Made by a program: the position numbers and the translations under genes. A stretch of 64,000 nt of DNA from positions 1,013 to 65,012 of the forward strand of contig DATMKQ010000298.1 of the NCBI GenBank assembly GCA_035571275.1, read 5' to 3'. The DNA comes from Trebonia sp. GTDB lineage: Bacteria > Actinomycetota > Actinomycetes > Streptosporangiales > Streptosporangiaceae. Positions 42,416 to 54,313 of this stretch are shown here, piece by piece. The notes under the pieces are model-generated. The model saw nothing but the letters and a program-made list of their open reading frames with translations. It had not been told where the DNA came from and did not search any database. Every line of letters starts with the position of its first letter. The stretch's first letter is position 1.

Positions 42416-43753
42416 GTGCATCTCACCCGGTTGGCGCTGACGGACTTTCGCTCGTATCCGAGCGTCGACCTGGCGCTCGGCCCCGGGGTGACCATCTTCA
42501 GCGGGCCGAACGGCGAGGGGAAAACCAACCTGGTCGAGGCAGTCGGCTACGTGGCGACGCTGGCTAGCCATCGCGTCGCCCACGACGCTCCGCTGATCAG
42601 GCAGGGCGCCGAGCGTGCCATCGTCCGCGCGAACGTGCACGGGGCGGTCAGCGACACGCTCATCGAGATCGAGCTCAACCCGGGCCGGGCGAATCGGGTC
42701 CGGCTCAACCGCGCGCCGGTCACCAAGCCCCGCGAGGTCCTGGGCCTGCTGCGCACGGTGCTGTTCGCACCCGAGGACCTGGCCCTGGTCAAAGGCGACC
42801 CAGGCGAACGTCGACGGTTCCTCGACGACCTGCTCGTGGCGATGGCCCCGCGGTACGCCGGGATCCGCGCCGACTATGACCGGGTGCTCCGGCAGCGCAC
42901 GGCGCTGCTGAAGTCGGCGGGTCACTCCCGGGTTTCCGGGGGGTTGAAGGGGGGGCATCCCCCCGCGCCCCCCGATAGAACCGGTAGGAGCAGCTCCCGC
43001 GAGACGGTGATGAGCACCCTCGACGTGTGGGACGCGCACCTGGCGCGCGCTGGCGCGGAGCTGCTTGTCGCCAGGGAGCATCTCGTGACCGCGCTCCGGC
43101 CGCACGTGGAAAGCGCGTACTCCGCGGTGGCCGGGGAGCGCGGGCCGGCCACCATCGAGTACCGGCGGTCGTTCGGGGCAGCCACGACCCTCCGTTCGGG
43201 GCAACAGGGCGACGAGCCTGACAGCGACGGAGCAGCGGCGAGCGGCGAGGACCCGAGCGCCCGGGGCGGGACCGGCCACGCCGACCGGGTGCGGGACACG
43301 GCCGCCGCGCTCCGTGCGGCGCTCGCCGAGGTCAGGGACAGCGAACTGGACCGCGGCGTGTGCCTGGCCGGGCCGCATCGCGACGAACTCGAGCTCGGGG
43401 TCCGCGGGATGCCCGCGCGCGGCTACGCGAGCCACGGCGAGTCGTGGTCGCTGGCGCTGGCGCTGCGGCTGGCCAGCTTTGACCTGTTGCGAGGCGGCCC
43501 AGGGCGGGAGGACCCGGTGCTGATCCTCGACGACGTGTTCGCCGAGCTCGACGCCGGCCGCAGGGACCGGCTCGCCGGCCTGGTGGCGGGCGCGGAGCAG
43601 GTACTCGTCACGGCCGCGGTGCCCGCCGACGTGCCGCTGGTGCTGGCCGGGGCCCGCTTTACCGTGGCCGCCGGCGCGCTTCATCCTCCTGTGGGCACCG
43701 GCCAGCTGGATCCTCCTGTTGGCACCGACCAGCCGGCCAGCCGTGCGCCCTGA
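42416..43753 (+). CDS. recF: RecF (with two low-complexity insertions)
   Basis: [41 protein letters not shown]. Confidence 0.95.
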   Translation: MHLTRLALTDFRSYPSVDLALGPGVTIFSGPNGEGKTNLVEAVGYVATLASHRVAHDAPLIRQGAERAIVRANVHGAVSDTLIEIELNPGRANRVRLNRAPVTKPREVLGLLRTVLFAPEDLALVKGDPGERRRFLDDLLVAMAPRYAGIRADYDRVLRQRTALLKSAGHSRVSGGLKGGHPPAPPDRTGRSSSRETVMSTLDVWDAHLARAGAELLVAREHLVTALRPHVESAYSAVAGERGPATIEYRRSFGAATTLRSGQQGDEPDSDGAAASGEDPSARGGTGHADRVRDTAAALRAALAEVRDSELDRGVCLAGPHRDELELGVRGMPARGYASHGESWSLALALRLASFDLLRGGPGREDPVLILDDVFAELDAGRRDRLAGLVAGAEQVLVTAAVPADVPLVLAGARFTVAAGALHPPVGTGQLDPPVGTDQPASRAP

Positions 43754-44279
43754 ACCGGACCGGGTAAGGCTGGCCACCGAGGCGCTGGCGCGGGCCAGAG
43801 CAGATGCCTGGGCCCGCGGGGACCGCCCCCAAGCAGGGAATAACCTGACTGGTCACGGTGTTTCAAAAGAAGATTCGTCCGAACGAACCGGCGTGACCGC
43901 CGACAGCCAGCTCCCCCCTTCCTGGTCGGCCCGCCCGCACCGGGATGATCCACAGCCGCTCAACGCAGCCGTGGACGGCCTGCTCTCGACCCGAGGCTGG
44001 CAGCAGCGAGCAGCGGTAGGCGGGATCTTCGGCAAATGGCCGGAAATAGTCGGCCCCCAGTTGGCGGCCCACACGCAGCCCGACTCCTTCGACGACGGCG
44101 AGCTGACACTGTCAGCAGACTCCGACGCTTGGGCCGCTCAGCTCCGCTTGCTGACCCCGCAACTGCTGAACCGCCTGGCCGACGAGCTAGGCGTTGGCAC
44201 CGTCCGCCGCATCAACGTCCGCGGCCCCTCCCGTCACAGGCCCGACCGAGGTGCAAGAGGAAAGCGAGCCCCGCGGTGA
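43743..44279 (+). CDS. DUF721/DciA family protein
   Basis: [29 protein letters not shown]; located between recF and gyrB. Confidence 0.85.
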   Translation: MRPEPDRVRLATEALARARADAWARGDRPQAGNNLTGHGVSKEDSSERTGVTADSQLPPSWSARPHRDDPQPLNAAVDGLLSTRGWQQRAAVGGIFGKWPEIVGPQLAAHTQPDSFDDGELTLSADSDAWAAQLRLLTPQLLNRLADELGVGTVRRINVRGPSRHRPDRGARGKRAPR

Positions 44280-44314
44280 AGCGAGCTCCGCGGTCCCTCC
44301 AGCCCCAAAGGGAA

Positions 44315-44393
44315 GCGGGGGGCGCAGTGGGGGGTCTGGCGCGTTGTTCGGCGACCGCCGACGAAACACGCCGAACCCCCACAACCCCCCCGC
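44315..44393 (+). repeat. Structured dispersed repeat, copy 2
   Basis: GCGGGGGGCGCAGTGG..GGCGCGTTGTTCGGC..GCCGACGAAACACGCCGAACCCCCACAACCCC. Confidence 0.7.
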
Positions 44394-44435
44394 GCCCCCG
44401 CGAGGGGCTTGAACCGCCCCGTATACGTGCAGTGA

Positions 44436-46493
<2,058 letters not shown>

Positions 46494-46539
46494 TGAGCGG
46501 CGCCGTTAAGCGAGGCGCCGATTTACGAGGGATAGCGAA

Positions 46540-49113
46540 TTGACCGAAGTAACTGATCTGCCCGGCGATGGCGGTGGGCACGACAGAACAGAACCGGTTG
46601 ACATTCAGATCGAGATGCAGCGTAGCTACATCGACTACGCGATGTCGGTCATCGTCGGCCGGGCGCTGCCCGACGTCCGAGACGGGCTCAAGCCGGTGCA
46701 CACGCGCATCCTCTACGGGATGTTCGACCAGGGCTTCCGCCCGGAACGCGGTTTCTTCAAATGCTCCCGCGTCGTCGGCGAGGTAATGGGCACCTACCAC
46801 CCGCATGGCGACAGCGCGATCTACGACGCGCTGGTGCGGATGGCCCAACCCTGGTCGATGCGAATGCCGCTAGTCGATCCGCAGGGGAACTTCGGGTCAC
46901 CGGGCAACGACCCGCCCGCCGCCATGCGGTACACCGAGTGCCGCCTGGCCCCGCTGGCGATGGAGATGCTGCGGGACATCAACGAGGACACCGTCGACTT
47001 CCGGCCAAACTACGACGGCCGCTCCGCCGAGCCCGTCGTGCTTCCGGCCCGCTTCCCTAACCTGCTGGTAAACGGCTCCGAGGGCATCGCGGTCGGCATG
47101 GCCACCAAGATCCCGCCGCACAACCTGCGGGAAGTCGCGGCAGGCGTGCAGTGGTACCTGGAAAACTACGAGCGGTTCGAGGTGCAGCCCACCGCGGAAG
47201 GGCACGCTCCCTACGAGGAGCTGCTCGACGGGCTGATGGAGCGAGTCAAGGGGCCAGACTTCCCCGGCGGGCCTGACGGTAGCACCGGCGCCTTGATCGT
47301 GGGCCGCCGCGGCATCCGGGAGGCGTACCGCACCGGGCGCGGATCGATCACGATGCGCGCGGTCGTCGACGTCGAGGAGATCCAGGGACGCACCTGCCTG
47401 GTGGTCAAGGAGCTTCCGTTCCAGGTCAACCCGGACAACCTAGCGTCCAAGATCGCCGAGCTCGTCAGGGACGGCCGGCTCGCCGGCATCGCCGACGTGC
47501 GGGACGAGACCAGCGGGCGGACCGGCCAGCGGCTGATAATCGTGCTCAAGCGCGACGCGATCGCGAAGGTCGTGCTGAACAACCTGTACAAGCACACCCA
47601 GCTACAGGACACGTTCGGTGTCAACATGCTGGCGCTTGTCGATGGGGTTCCGCGCACCCTGCGGCTGGACCAGATGATCCGCTACTGGGTCGCGCATCAG
47701 GTCGATGTCATCCAGCGCCGCACCCGGTTCCGGCTGCGCAAGGCTCAGGAGCGGCTGCACATCGTGGCCGCGTTGCTCGCGGCGATCGACGCCATCGACG
47801 AGGTCATCGCGCTGATCCGCGGCTCCGAGTCCGCCGCGGTCGCGCAGACCGGGCTGATGGCACTGCTGAACATCGACGAGATCCAGGCGCGCGCGATCCT
47901 CGACATGCAGCTGCGCAAGCTGGCCGCCTTGGAGCGGCAGGAACTCGTCTCGGAGCGCGACGACCTCGAGGCAAAGATCGCCGACTTCGAGTCGATCCTC
48001 GCCTCCCCGGCGCGGCAGCGTACGATCATCGGCTCCGAGCTCGCCGAGATCGTCACCAAGTACGGCGACGACCGGCGAACCGAGATCATCGCTTACGACG
48101 GCGAGGTGGCCGACGAGGACCTGATCGCCGAGTCCGACATCGTGGTCACGATCACCCACGGCGGCTACGCGAAGCGGACGAACACCGACCAGTACCGGGC
48201 GCAGCGGCGCGGCGGCAAGGGCGTGCGCGGGGCGCAGTTGCGCAGCGATGACATCGTCGACCACTTCTTCGTCACCTCGACGCATCACTGGATCCTGTTC
48301 TTCACGAATAAGGGCCGGGTCTACCGGGCCAAGGGGTACGAGCTGCCCGACACCGGCCGCGACGCACGCGGCCAGCACGTGGCGAACCTGCTGGCGTTCC
48401 AGCCGGACGAGCGGATCGCGGAGGTGCTCGCGCTGCGCGACTACCAGGTGGCTCCGTACCTGGTGCTCGCGACCCGCTCAGGCCTGGTGAAGAAGTCGCG
48501 GCTCGGCGAGTACGACTCGCCGCGAGCCGGCGGCCTCATCGCGATCAACCTGCGCGAAGACGACGAGGTGATTGGTGCCTCGCTGGTCTCGCCAGACGAG
48601 GATCTGCTGCTCGTCAGCAAGGGCGCGCAGGCCATCAGGTTCCCGGCCACCGACGACCAGCTACGCCCGATGGGCCGGGCCACCTCTGGCGTGATCGGCA
48701 TGCGATTCAACGACGGCGACGAGCTCCTTGGCATGTATGTGGTCAGGGAAGGCGAGGACGTCCTCGTCGCGACCGACGGCGGATTCGCCAAGCGCACGCC
48801 CGCCGATCAGTACCCCATCAGGAACAGGGGCGGCTACGGTGTTATCACGGCGCGGATCGTGGAAGGCCGGGGCAGCCTGGTCGGTGCACTGATGGTCCAC
48901 CCTGAGGATGAGGTGTTCGCCATCACTTCGGCGGGCGGTGTCATCCGCACCCGCGCTAGTGGGGTGAAGCAGTCCGGGCGTCAGACCATGGGCGTGCGGC
49001 TGATGAACCTGGCTCCCGGGACCAGTGTGGTCGCCCTCGCGCGCAACGCGGAAACCAACGAAGCTGGTGAAATTGAGGATGAAGGCAACGATCCAGGGGA
49101 CGACAGCGTCTGA
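46540..49113 (+). CDS. gyrA: DNA gyrase subunit A
   Basis: [25 protein letters not shown], GyrA-box QRRGGKG. Confidence 0.98.
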   Translation: MTEVTDLPGDGGGHDRTEPVDIQIEMQRSYIDYAMSVIVGRALPDVRDGLKPVHTRILYGMFDQGFRPERGFFKCSRVVGEVMGTYHPHGDSAIYDALVRMAQPWSMRMPLVDPQGNFGSPGNDPPAAMRYTECRLAPLAMEMLRDINEDTVDFRPNYDGRSAEPVVLPARFPNLLVNGSEGIAVGMATKIPPHNLREVAAGVQWYLENYERFEVQPTAEGHAPYEELLDGLMERVKGPDFPGGPDGSTGALIVGRRGIREAYRTGRGSITMRAVVDVEEIQGRTCLVVKELPFQVNPDNLASKIAELVRDGRLAGIADVRDETSGRTGQRLIIVLKRDAIAKVVLNNLYKHTQLQDTFGVNMLALVDGVPRTLRLDQMIRYWVAHQVDVIQRRTRFRLRKAQERLHIVAALLAAIDAIDEVIALIRGSESAAVAQTGLMALLNIDEIQARAILDMQLRKLAALERQELVSERDDLEAKIADFESILASPARQRTIIGSELAEIVTKYGDDRRTEIIAYDGEVADEDLIAESDIVVTITHGGYAKRTNTDQYRAQRRGGKGVRGAQLRSDDIVDHFFVTSTHHWILFFTNKGRVYRAKGYELPDTGRDARGQHVANLLAFQPDERIAEVLALRDYQVAPYLVLATRSGLVKKSRLGEYDSPRAGGLIAINLREDDEVIGASLVSPDEDLLLVSKGAQAIRFPATDDQLRPMGRATSGVIGMRFNDGDELLGMYVVREGEDVLVATDGGFAKRTPADQYPIRNRGGYGVITARIVEGRGSLVGALMVHPEDEVFAITSAGGVIRTRASGVKQSGRQTMGVRLMNLAPGTSVVALARNAETNEAGEIEDEGNDPGDDSV

Positions 49114-49228
49114 TCTATAACTGCTGACAACTATTCTGCAGATGCGGGGTCGGGTGCTCATACCCCACCGTTGACGGCTACTGGCCCGCGATCAGGTAAT
49201 CTCTGCCGAAGGTACAAAAGGGGCACCA

Positions 49229-50866
49229 TTGGGTACCGAGGAGGACGGCGTGGACGAGGCGGGACGAGCTACGGAACCGTCCGTGTTGTTGGCGCCGTCA
49301 GGTCAGGATGTGGACCCGGACGCGGAGACCGCTGAAACGATCGATGACAATGGAACCATGTCTTCATCACGGACGCGGTCGGGAACGTCACGGTCGGCAT
49401 CGTCGGCATCGGGAACGTCACGGTCAGCGGCCAAAGCTGCCGCCGGCCAGAACGGCGCTGATCCGGTGCCGGACGACGCCGTGACCGACGGCGCTTCTTC
49501 TTCGCCTTCGTCCTCGGCTTCTTCTGCGCCTTCGTCTTCTTCGTCTTCTTCGGGTGCTGGTTCCTCGGGGACCGGGTCCTCGGTTCTGGCTGCGGCGGCG
49601 TCGAGCCACGCGCCCGTTCCGTTCCCGGCGGACGATATCGGGAGGCCGAGGAGCTCGAACACGCCGGGCACGGGTTTCCGGGCGGCGACTGGTGCCAGCT
49701 CGGCTGCCGGTGGTTCGGCTGGGGACAAGCCCGCTCAGAAGGCGGACGAAGACGGGCGCGGCGACACCGCGGGATCAGGCAACGGCGTGCTCGACAGCGG
49801 CCGCCAGGCGGTCAGGCAGGCGATGGCGGCGACGAACAACTGGTTCGCCGCCCGCGCGTTGAAGACCGGCCCGTCAGACTCGGCCGCATCGCCGGGCTCG
49901 TCCGGTTCTCCGGCCGCGTCGGGGTCCGCAGGTCCTCCTGGTACCGCAGGTCCTTCTGGTTCCGCATCTCCTTCTGGTTCCGCTGGCATGGCCGGCGGTC
50001 GCAAGCCGTCCTTCACGCCGTCATCGACGCGACCGTCGAGTCAGTCGCCGGCCTCGCCCACGTCGCACATTTCACCGGCGCCAACGGCTTCCGGGGGCTT
50101 CGCGGGGTCTTCGCCGTCGCCGCAGTCCTCGCCGTCGTACTACGCGACGCCTCCGGCGTTCTCGCCCGGCACCGGTCACTCGCCCACCGGTGGCCCCGCG
50201 CCAGCTGGCGGCCCTTCCGGCCCTTCGGTGCCCCCTGGTACCGCGTCGGGTCCGCGACTGTCCGAGCTGTCTCACGGCGCTGGTACCGGCATGCGGCCTG
50301 CCACACCAGGTTTGTCCGCTGGCGCGTCCTCTGGTGCCCAAGGTGTGCCCGCTGGCGTCTCCGGGTTTTCGTCTGGTGCCGCCGCCGCGGTCAGCGGAGC
50401 GGCCGCTGGGCTGGCCGGCTATGCGACCTCGGTGACGAGCGCTTTCCAGAACCGCGGCAAGGCTCCCAAGCGGGCGAAGTCCCCGCGCCGTTCGGCCAGG
50501 CGACAGGCGCAGTTGACACTGGGCCGGGTAGAGCCGTGGTCCGTCATGAAGGTCAGCTTCGTCGTCTCGGTCGTGGCGTTCATCATCTTGTTCGTCGCGG
50601 TCGCCGTGCTGTACTCGGTGCTGTCCGCCCTCGGCGTGTTCACCTCGCTGCAGCACACGGTGACGACGATCACCTCGAGCCAGGGTTCCGCGGGCACGAA
50701 CATCATGCCCTGGTTCTCCGAGTCCAAGATCCTCGGCTACACCGGCATGATCGGCGCGCTGAACATCGTCTTGATCACCGCGATGAGCACGATCGGCGCG
50801 GTGGTCTACAACCTCATCGCGAAAGCCTTCGGCGGCATCGAGGTAACTCTCCGCGAGACGGACTAG
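49229..50866 (+). CDS. DUF3566 membrane protein with long Ser/Ala/Pro-rich N-terminus (start uncertain)
   Basis: RQAQLTL.RVEPWSVMKVSF ... YNLIA..GGIEVTL; conserved position after gyrA. Confidence 0.85.
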   Translation: MGTEEDGVDEAGRATEPSVLLAPSGQDVDPDAETAETIDDNGTMSSSRTRSGTSRSASSASGTSRSAAKAAAGQNGADPVPDDAVTDGASSSPSSSASSAPSSSSSSSGAGSSGTGSSVLAAAASSHAPVPFPADDIGRPRSSNTPGTGFRAATGASSAAGGSAGDKPAQKADEDGRGDTAGSGNGVLDSGRQAVRQAMAATNNWFAARALKTGPSDSAASPGSSGSPAASGSAGPPGTAGPSGSASPSGSAGMAGGRKPSFTPSSTRPSSQSPASPTSHISPAPTASGGFAGSSPSPQSSPSYYATPPAFSPGTGHSPTGGPAPAGGPSGPSVPPGTASGPRLSELSHGAGTGMRPATPGLSAGASSGAQGVPAGVSGFSSGAAAAVSGAAAGLAGYATSVTSAFQNRGKAPKRAKSPRRSARRQAQLTLGRVEPWSVMKVSFVVSVVAFIILFVAVAVLYSVLSALGVFTSLQHTVTTITSSQGSAGTNIMPWFSESKILGYTGMIGALNIVLITAMSTIGAVVYNLIAKAFGGIEVTLRETD

Positions 50867-50977
50867 CCAGGCGTAGCACCGCCTCCCGTCGTCGGGGCGC
50901 TGTGCGAGCAGTGGCGGCGATGCGGTAGAGTAGCGCAGTCGCCGCCGCGGGAGCAGTGCTAAGCGCGGCAATCCCCT

Positions 50978-51017
50978 GGGGGTATAGCTCAGTCGGTTAG
51001 AGCGCGTCCCTGATAAG
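50978..51017 (+). tRNA. tRNA-Ile(GAT) 5' half only, truncated after the anticodon loop (probable attL)
   Basis: GGGGGTA-TA-GCTC-AGTCGGTTA-GAGC-G-CGTCC-CTGATAA-G, then AATCC... instead of the expected GACG, T-arm and acceptor 3' strand; canonical tRNA-Ile locus after DUF3566. Confidence 0.88.
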
Positions 51018-51105
51018 AATCCGCGTCTCACCGCAGTGCTTCCCTGCATCTCACCAGCGCAAACGCGTCGCCAGTTTGATCGCGGAACGCAAAAGGATGC
51101 GCTGT

Positions 51106-51648
51106 TTATCTCATGTCGATAACGATGCGGTCGGGATCCCGTCTCCGGATCTCATCAACCATGTCCGGCGTGGTCACAACGATGCCGTGATCACGGATCC
51201 CGTGGGGATCCGCGGCGCCCACCGCGATGCAGCCGAGGCAGTTACAGTCCGTCTTGCTCCGCTGGTCCGCTATCTCGCGGATCTGCGCCATCCACTGGTC
51301 ACAGGTGATGGCGGGGACGGCCAGGTGCAGGATCATGCCGCAGGTCCGCAGGATCAAGTCGGCGCCATCGCGGCTGAGCAGCTGGCCGTAGTGCTCCCTG
51401 GTTCGCTTCTCCTCCCGGCTGATAACCGCGCCGAGATCGGTGAACGCCTGGTTCAGGGCGGCGTTGACTTGGTCCATGTGGATATTGACTGATTTTTCAA
51501 TGATCTTCCCGGCTGCGGCCGGCACGTCCGCACGTGCCTGGCGGACTTCTTTCAGCAGGAAATGGAGTTCCTGGGCCGCCTCGTGCGCCTGGCGGGTCAG
51601 GTCGCGGAGCTGCTGCTGATCGGCATTCAAATCCGGCTTTCTGCCCAT
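51106..51648 (-). CDS. Proviral hypothetical protein (coiled-coil N-terminus, Cys cluster)
   Basis: AGGGAG RBS, 180 aa, CNCLGC. Confidence 0.7.
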   Translation of the reverse strand: MGRKPDLNADQQQLRDLTRQAHEAAQELHFLLKEVRQARADVPAAAGKIIEKSVNIHMDQVNAALNQAFTDLGAVISREEKRTREHYGQLLSRDGADLILRTCGMILHLAVPAITCDQWMAQIREIADQRSKTDCNCLGCIAVGAADPHGIRDHGIVVTTPDMVDEIRRRDPDRIVIDMR

Positions 51649-51796
51649 GGCGAATCTCCCTGTGACATAGCGGGTCTAATGGTTGAGCGGAACACCAGAT
51701 GAGTGTAGCGTGGCCGCAGTGCTGATCTTGGAAGTACTGCGGTGACCAGCGCATATGCACATGCACAGCACTGCGGTGAACCGGACACAGAGCACG

Positions 51797-51841
51797 AAAA
51801 AACGCGCCCCGACCAGCCTGCAAGCTAACGATCGGGGCGCG
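51797..51841 (-). terminator. Hairpin plus U-tract on the minus strand in the leader of the replication operon
   Basis: CGCGCCCCGA...TCGGGGCGCG stem preceded by AAAAAA on the + strand. Confidence 0.55.
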
Positions 51842-51880
51842 CTGTGACCACCTCTCCGAGACGGAAAGGCCTGCACAAGT

Positions 51881-52195
51881 ATGGCACCTAGCGAGAGTGA
51901 CCGGCAGCAGATCGCCCGTATGGGCGGCCTGGCCAAGAGCGCACAGGCACCATCCAGCACTGCGGTGACCCAGGCGGCACGCAACGCGTTCTGGCAGGGC
52001 TTCTACGAGCGCACCGATCCGGAGCTTCCGGAGAAAGAACGGATCCGGCAGGCGGACGCGGCCCGCAAGCTGCACATGATGCGGCTGTCCCGCAAGGCGG
52101 CCGCCAAACGGCGCCAGGCGGCCGAGGCCGCGGCCGCGGCCCGGGAGGCTACTGAGGCCGAGATCGCGGCACTCCGTGCCGACATCGCGATTTGA
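51881..52195 (+). CDS. Small basic helical protein of actinobacterial integrative elements
   Basis: T.AAR.AF..F...DP.LPE.ER...A.AARK.HM.RL..K pattern recalled from such elements; GGAAAGG RBS. Confidence 0.7.
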   Translation: MAPSESDRQQIARMGGLAKSAQAPSSTAVTQAARNAFWQGFYERTDPELPEKERIRQADAARKLHMMRLSRKAAAKRRQAAEAAAAAREATEAEIAALRADIAI

Positions 52196-52847
52196 TGTCG
52201 AGCGTGCCGTGCTGAGGTCCGCGATGCCCGCCGGCTGGCGTCACCTGTGCCACGTCCTGTGCACATACGTCGACCTCGACGCCGGCGTGATCCTGCCCAG
52301 ATTCCAGCCCAGCCTGACCCAGCTAGCTAGGGACAGCGGTCTTCACCGCCGCACGATCATGCGCCATCTCAATCACCTCGAGGCGCATGGCTGGGTCACC
52401 CGGAAACGGCCAAATCCCGATGATGCGCGGAAAAAACAGGCTCGCACGCAGTACGCGATCTTCATCGGCCGTAATCCACAGCCTAGGGACATCCCCCCCT
52501 CAGACCTGGAGACAGGTGACCCCGGGGCTAGGGACGGCGTGCCCTCAGACCTAGGGACAGGGTCTCCGGTTTCTGGGGGCGGAGAGCCCCACCAGTCATC
52601 TACGTCATCTAGGTCATCTAGGGACGAGGAGATCGACGTTGTCATCGATGCCATCAGGGCACGAGCCGGCGTCACGGTGACCCGCCAGTGGGCCGGACGG
52701 GTCGCCGAGCAGATCCTCGGGGCTAGGGACAGGGTCCGCGATCCTGCCGCCGTGCTCCGGGCCCAGATAGGCCGCGCGCCGCGTGATACCTACGCGCCCA
52801 CGCCGGCACCACCGCGGTTCACCAAAGCGAAAGGGTTCGAACGATGA
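52176..52847 (+). CDS. Putative replication initiator (winged-HTH, replisome-organiser type) with internal iterons
   Basis: PSLTQLARDSGLHRRTIMRHLNHLEAHGWV HTH; linker region carries CTAGGGAC repeats. Confidence 0.7.
   Translation: MPTSRFDVERAVLRSAMPAGWRHLCHVLCTYVDLDAGVILPRFQPSLTQLARDSGLHRRTIMRHLNHLEAHGWVTRKRPNPDDARKKQARTQYAIFIGRNPQPRDIPPSDLETGDPGARDGVPSDLGTGSPVSGGGEPHQSSTSSRSSRDEEIDVVIDAIRARAGVTVTRQWAGRVAEQILGARDRVRDPAAVLRAQIGRAPRDTYAPTPAPPRFTKAKGFER
52327..52730 (+). repeat. Iteron-like repeats (putative viral origin)
   Basis: CTAGGGAC at 52327, 52483, 52528, 52551, 52618, 52723, variant CTGGAGAC at 52506; GTCATCTA(C/G) x3 at 52595-52621. Confidence 0.8.
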
Positions 52848-53404
52848 TCACCACCGTGTTCGATGCTGCGTTTCCCCCCAGCCGGATCCCGCCGGGCTGC
52901 AAGGCGGTAGCCGGCTACGTCGGCCGACTCAATTTCACCCCGCACGTCTGGACGCTGCCTGAATGGCAGCGGTTCAGCTCGATCCCGCAGCTGCCCTACT
53001 GGGTGCCGGACCTGGCCGTGGCGCCGAACCTCGAGGCGGCCGCGGCCGTCCACGCGGTGCTGGAGCTCGGCTGGGCACCGCACATAGCCGACGAGAGGGC
53101 CGTTATCTTCGATTTCGAGACGGCGTCCGGACCGGCCGACCGCGGCTGGTGGCAGGAATGCGCCGCCGCCGTCAGCGCGGCGGGGTTCTGCGGCGTCATG
53201 TACGGCAGCCTGTCCACGGTGCTCGAGAACGCGGCCGTCGATGTCGTGGTGGCCGCGTGGGACAACAGCGCGCAGCTGCTGCCCGGACAGACCATCCACG
53301 GGCACCAGTACAAGGCCGGCGTGGCGTTCGACGGCACGCAGATCGATTACTCGGTCATGGATGAGTGGCTGCTCGCCCGCGCCGGGGTCGGGCCGCGCCA
53401 CTGA
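52844..53404 (+). CDS. Putative GH25/DUF1906-like muramidase (endolysin)
   Basis: N-terminal FDAA.P, AVAGYVG, central IFDFET (DxE), YGS, AAWD, HQY, IDYSV. Confidence 0.6.
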   Translation: MITTVFDAAFPPSRIPPGCKAVAGYVGRLNFTPHVWTLPEWQRFSSIPQLPYWVPDLAVAPNLEAAAAVHAVLELGWAPHIADERAVIFDFETASGPADRGWWQECAAAVSAAGFCGVMYGSLSTVLENAAVDVVVAAWDNSAQLLPGQTIHGHQYKAGVAFDGTQIDYSVMDEWLLARAGVGPRH

Positions 53405-53640
53405 TGGATGAGCAGCGTGAGCTGACCGTCGAGCTCATGAACGCGGCCCTGGAGCCGGTGAGTCGCGAGCACGGCTACTGTCTGTGCATTCACCCGATGA
53501 TGACCCTGATCAGCATGGTAGGGCTGACCTGCGCCTGGTGCGGGCAGCCAGGTACCGACAAGTCATACTCAGCCGAAGCCAGGACTATCCGCACCGAGGC
53601 CGTGAAAGCCGCATATCCGTGGGCGGTGAAGCTCGAATGA
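53404..53640 (+). CDS. Small Cys-rich hypothetical protein
   Basis: TGATG coupling; CLC..CAWC. Confidence 0.6.
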   Translation: MDEQRELTVELMNAALEPVSREHGYCLCIHPMMTLISMVGLTCAWCGQPGTDKSYSAEARTIRTEAVKAAYPWAVKLE

Positions 53641-53942
53641 ACGAGAACGAATTCACCCGGAAAGTGATCTTTCTGGCCGAGAGTTACGGATTGCTCGTAC
53701 ACCACTGCTATCGCAGCGAGCTCTGCGATGGCGCCGGATTGCCAGACCTGATCATCGCCGGGCCGCTAGGCGTCATCTTCGCCGAACTGAAAACCGCAAC
53801 CGGCCAGACAGATGATGCCCAGGACGCGTGGGCTAAGCTCTTGAAATCGCAGGAATCATGGACCGAGCCGGTTTATTTCCTGTGGCGTCCCGATGATCTC
53901 ATCAGCGGCAGCATCGAAAACATCGTAAAACAACTCATCTGA
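53637..53942 (+). CDS. VRR-NUC (PD-(D/E)xK) nuclease
   Basis: MNE.EF, G.PDLII, FAELK...G....Q..W, WRP.D. Confidence 0.85.
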   Translation: MNENEFTRKVIFLAESYGLLVHHCYRSELCDGAGLPDLIIAGPLGVIFAELKTATGQTDDAQDAWAKLLKSQESWTEPVYFLWRPDDLISGSIENIVKQLI

Positions 53943-54005
53943 GACCCCTTCCCGGTTTGCCGGACGAATAGGCGCCTGGCGGTCCCGGGCCGGGAGGGTG
54001 ATAAG

Positions 54006-54046
54006 GCAGGTCCCGTCCATTGCGCAGTGGGCGGGACCTGCTTTTT
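54006..54046 (+). terminator. Intrinsic terminator ending the replication/early operon
   Basis: GCAGGTCCCGTCCA...TGGGCGGGACCTGC then TTTTT. Confidence 0.85.
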
Positions 54047-54130
54047 ACGCGACGCCGGTCAAATTGACCACGCAAATTTGCGTGGCGATGCGCCTCCAGG
54101 CCATTAATCTGCTGAAACCGGCTTGTGAGG

Positions 54131-54313
54131 TTAACCACTGTAATAAGGATTGATCTCGGCATACTCAGGCTTGGCAACGATCGCCTTAATCGCCTCGTCA
54201 ATCTCAGTGACAAACTGCTCGTACAGCCGCTCGCCTCGTTCCTGGCGCTCACCGCCGTGCGCGTCCACCCGGCAGGCGACGTAAAATCGCGGCTCATAAC
54301 CGGACCAGCCCAT
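54131..54313 (-). CDS. Proviral hypothetical protein (60 aa)
   Basis: TGATG coupling with the upstream ORF. Confidence 0.6.
   Translation of the reverse strand: MGWSGYEPRFYVACRVDAHGGERQERGERLYEQFVTEIDEAIKAIVAKPEYAEINPYYSG

Larger units (their letters stand above)
51028..51968. repeat. Five copies of the 13-bp motif AGCACTGCGGTGA
   Basis: 51028-51040 (-), 51711-51723 (-, 11/13), 51733-51745 (+, 12/13), 51767-51779 (+), 51956-51968 (+). Confidence 0.8.

Noticed and set aside
43683-43736. 27-bp duplication at the recF 3' end
   Set aside because: Simple local tandem duplication in a non-conserved tail
51018-51400. Group I intron in the tRNA-Ile anticodon loop
   Set aside because: No 3' exon within intron distance; the sequence runs into protein-coding viral genes
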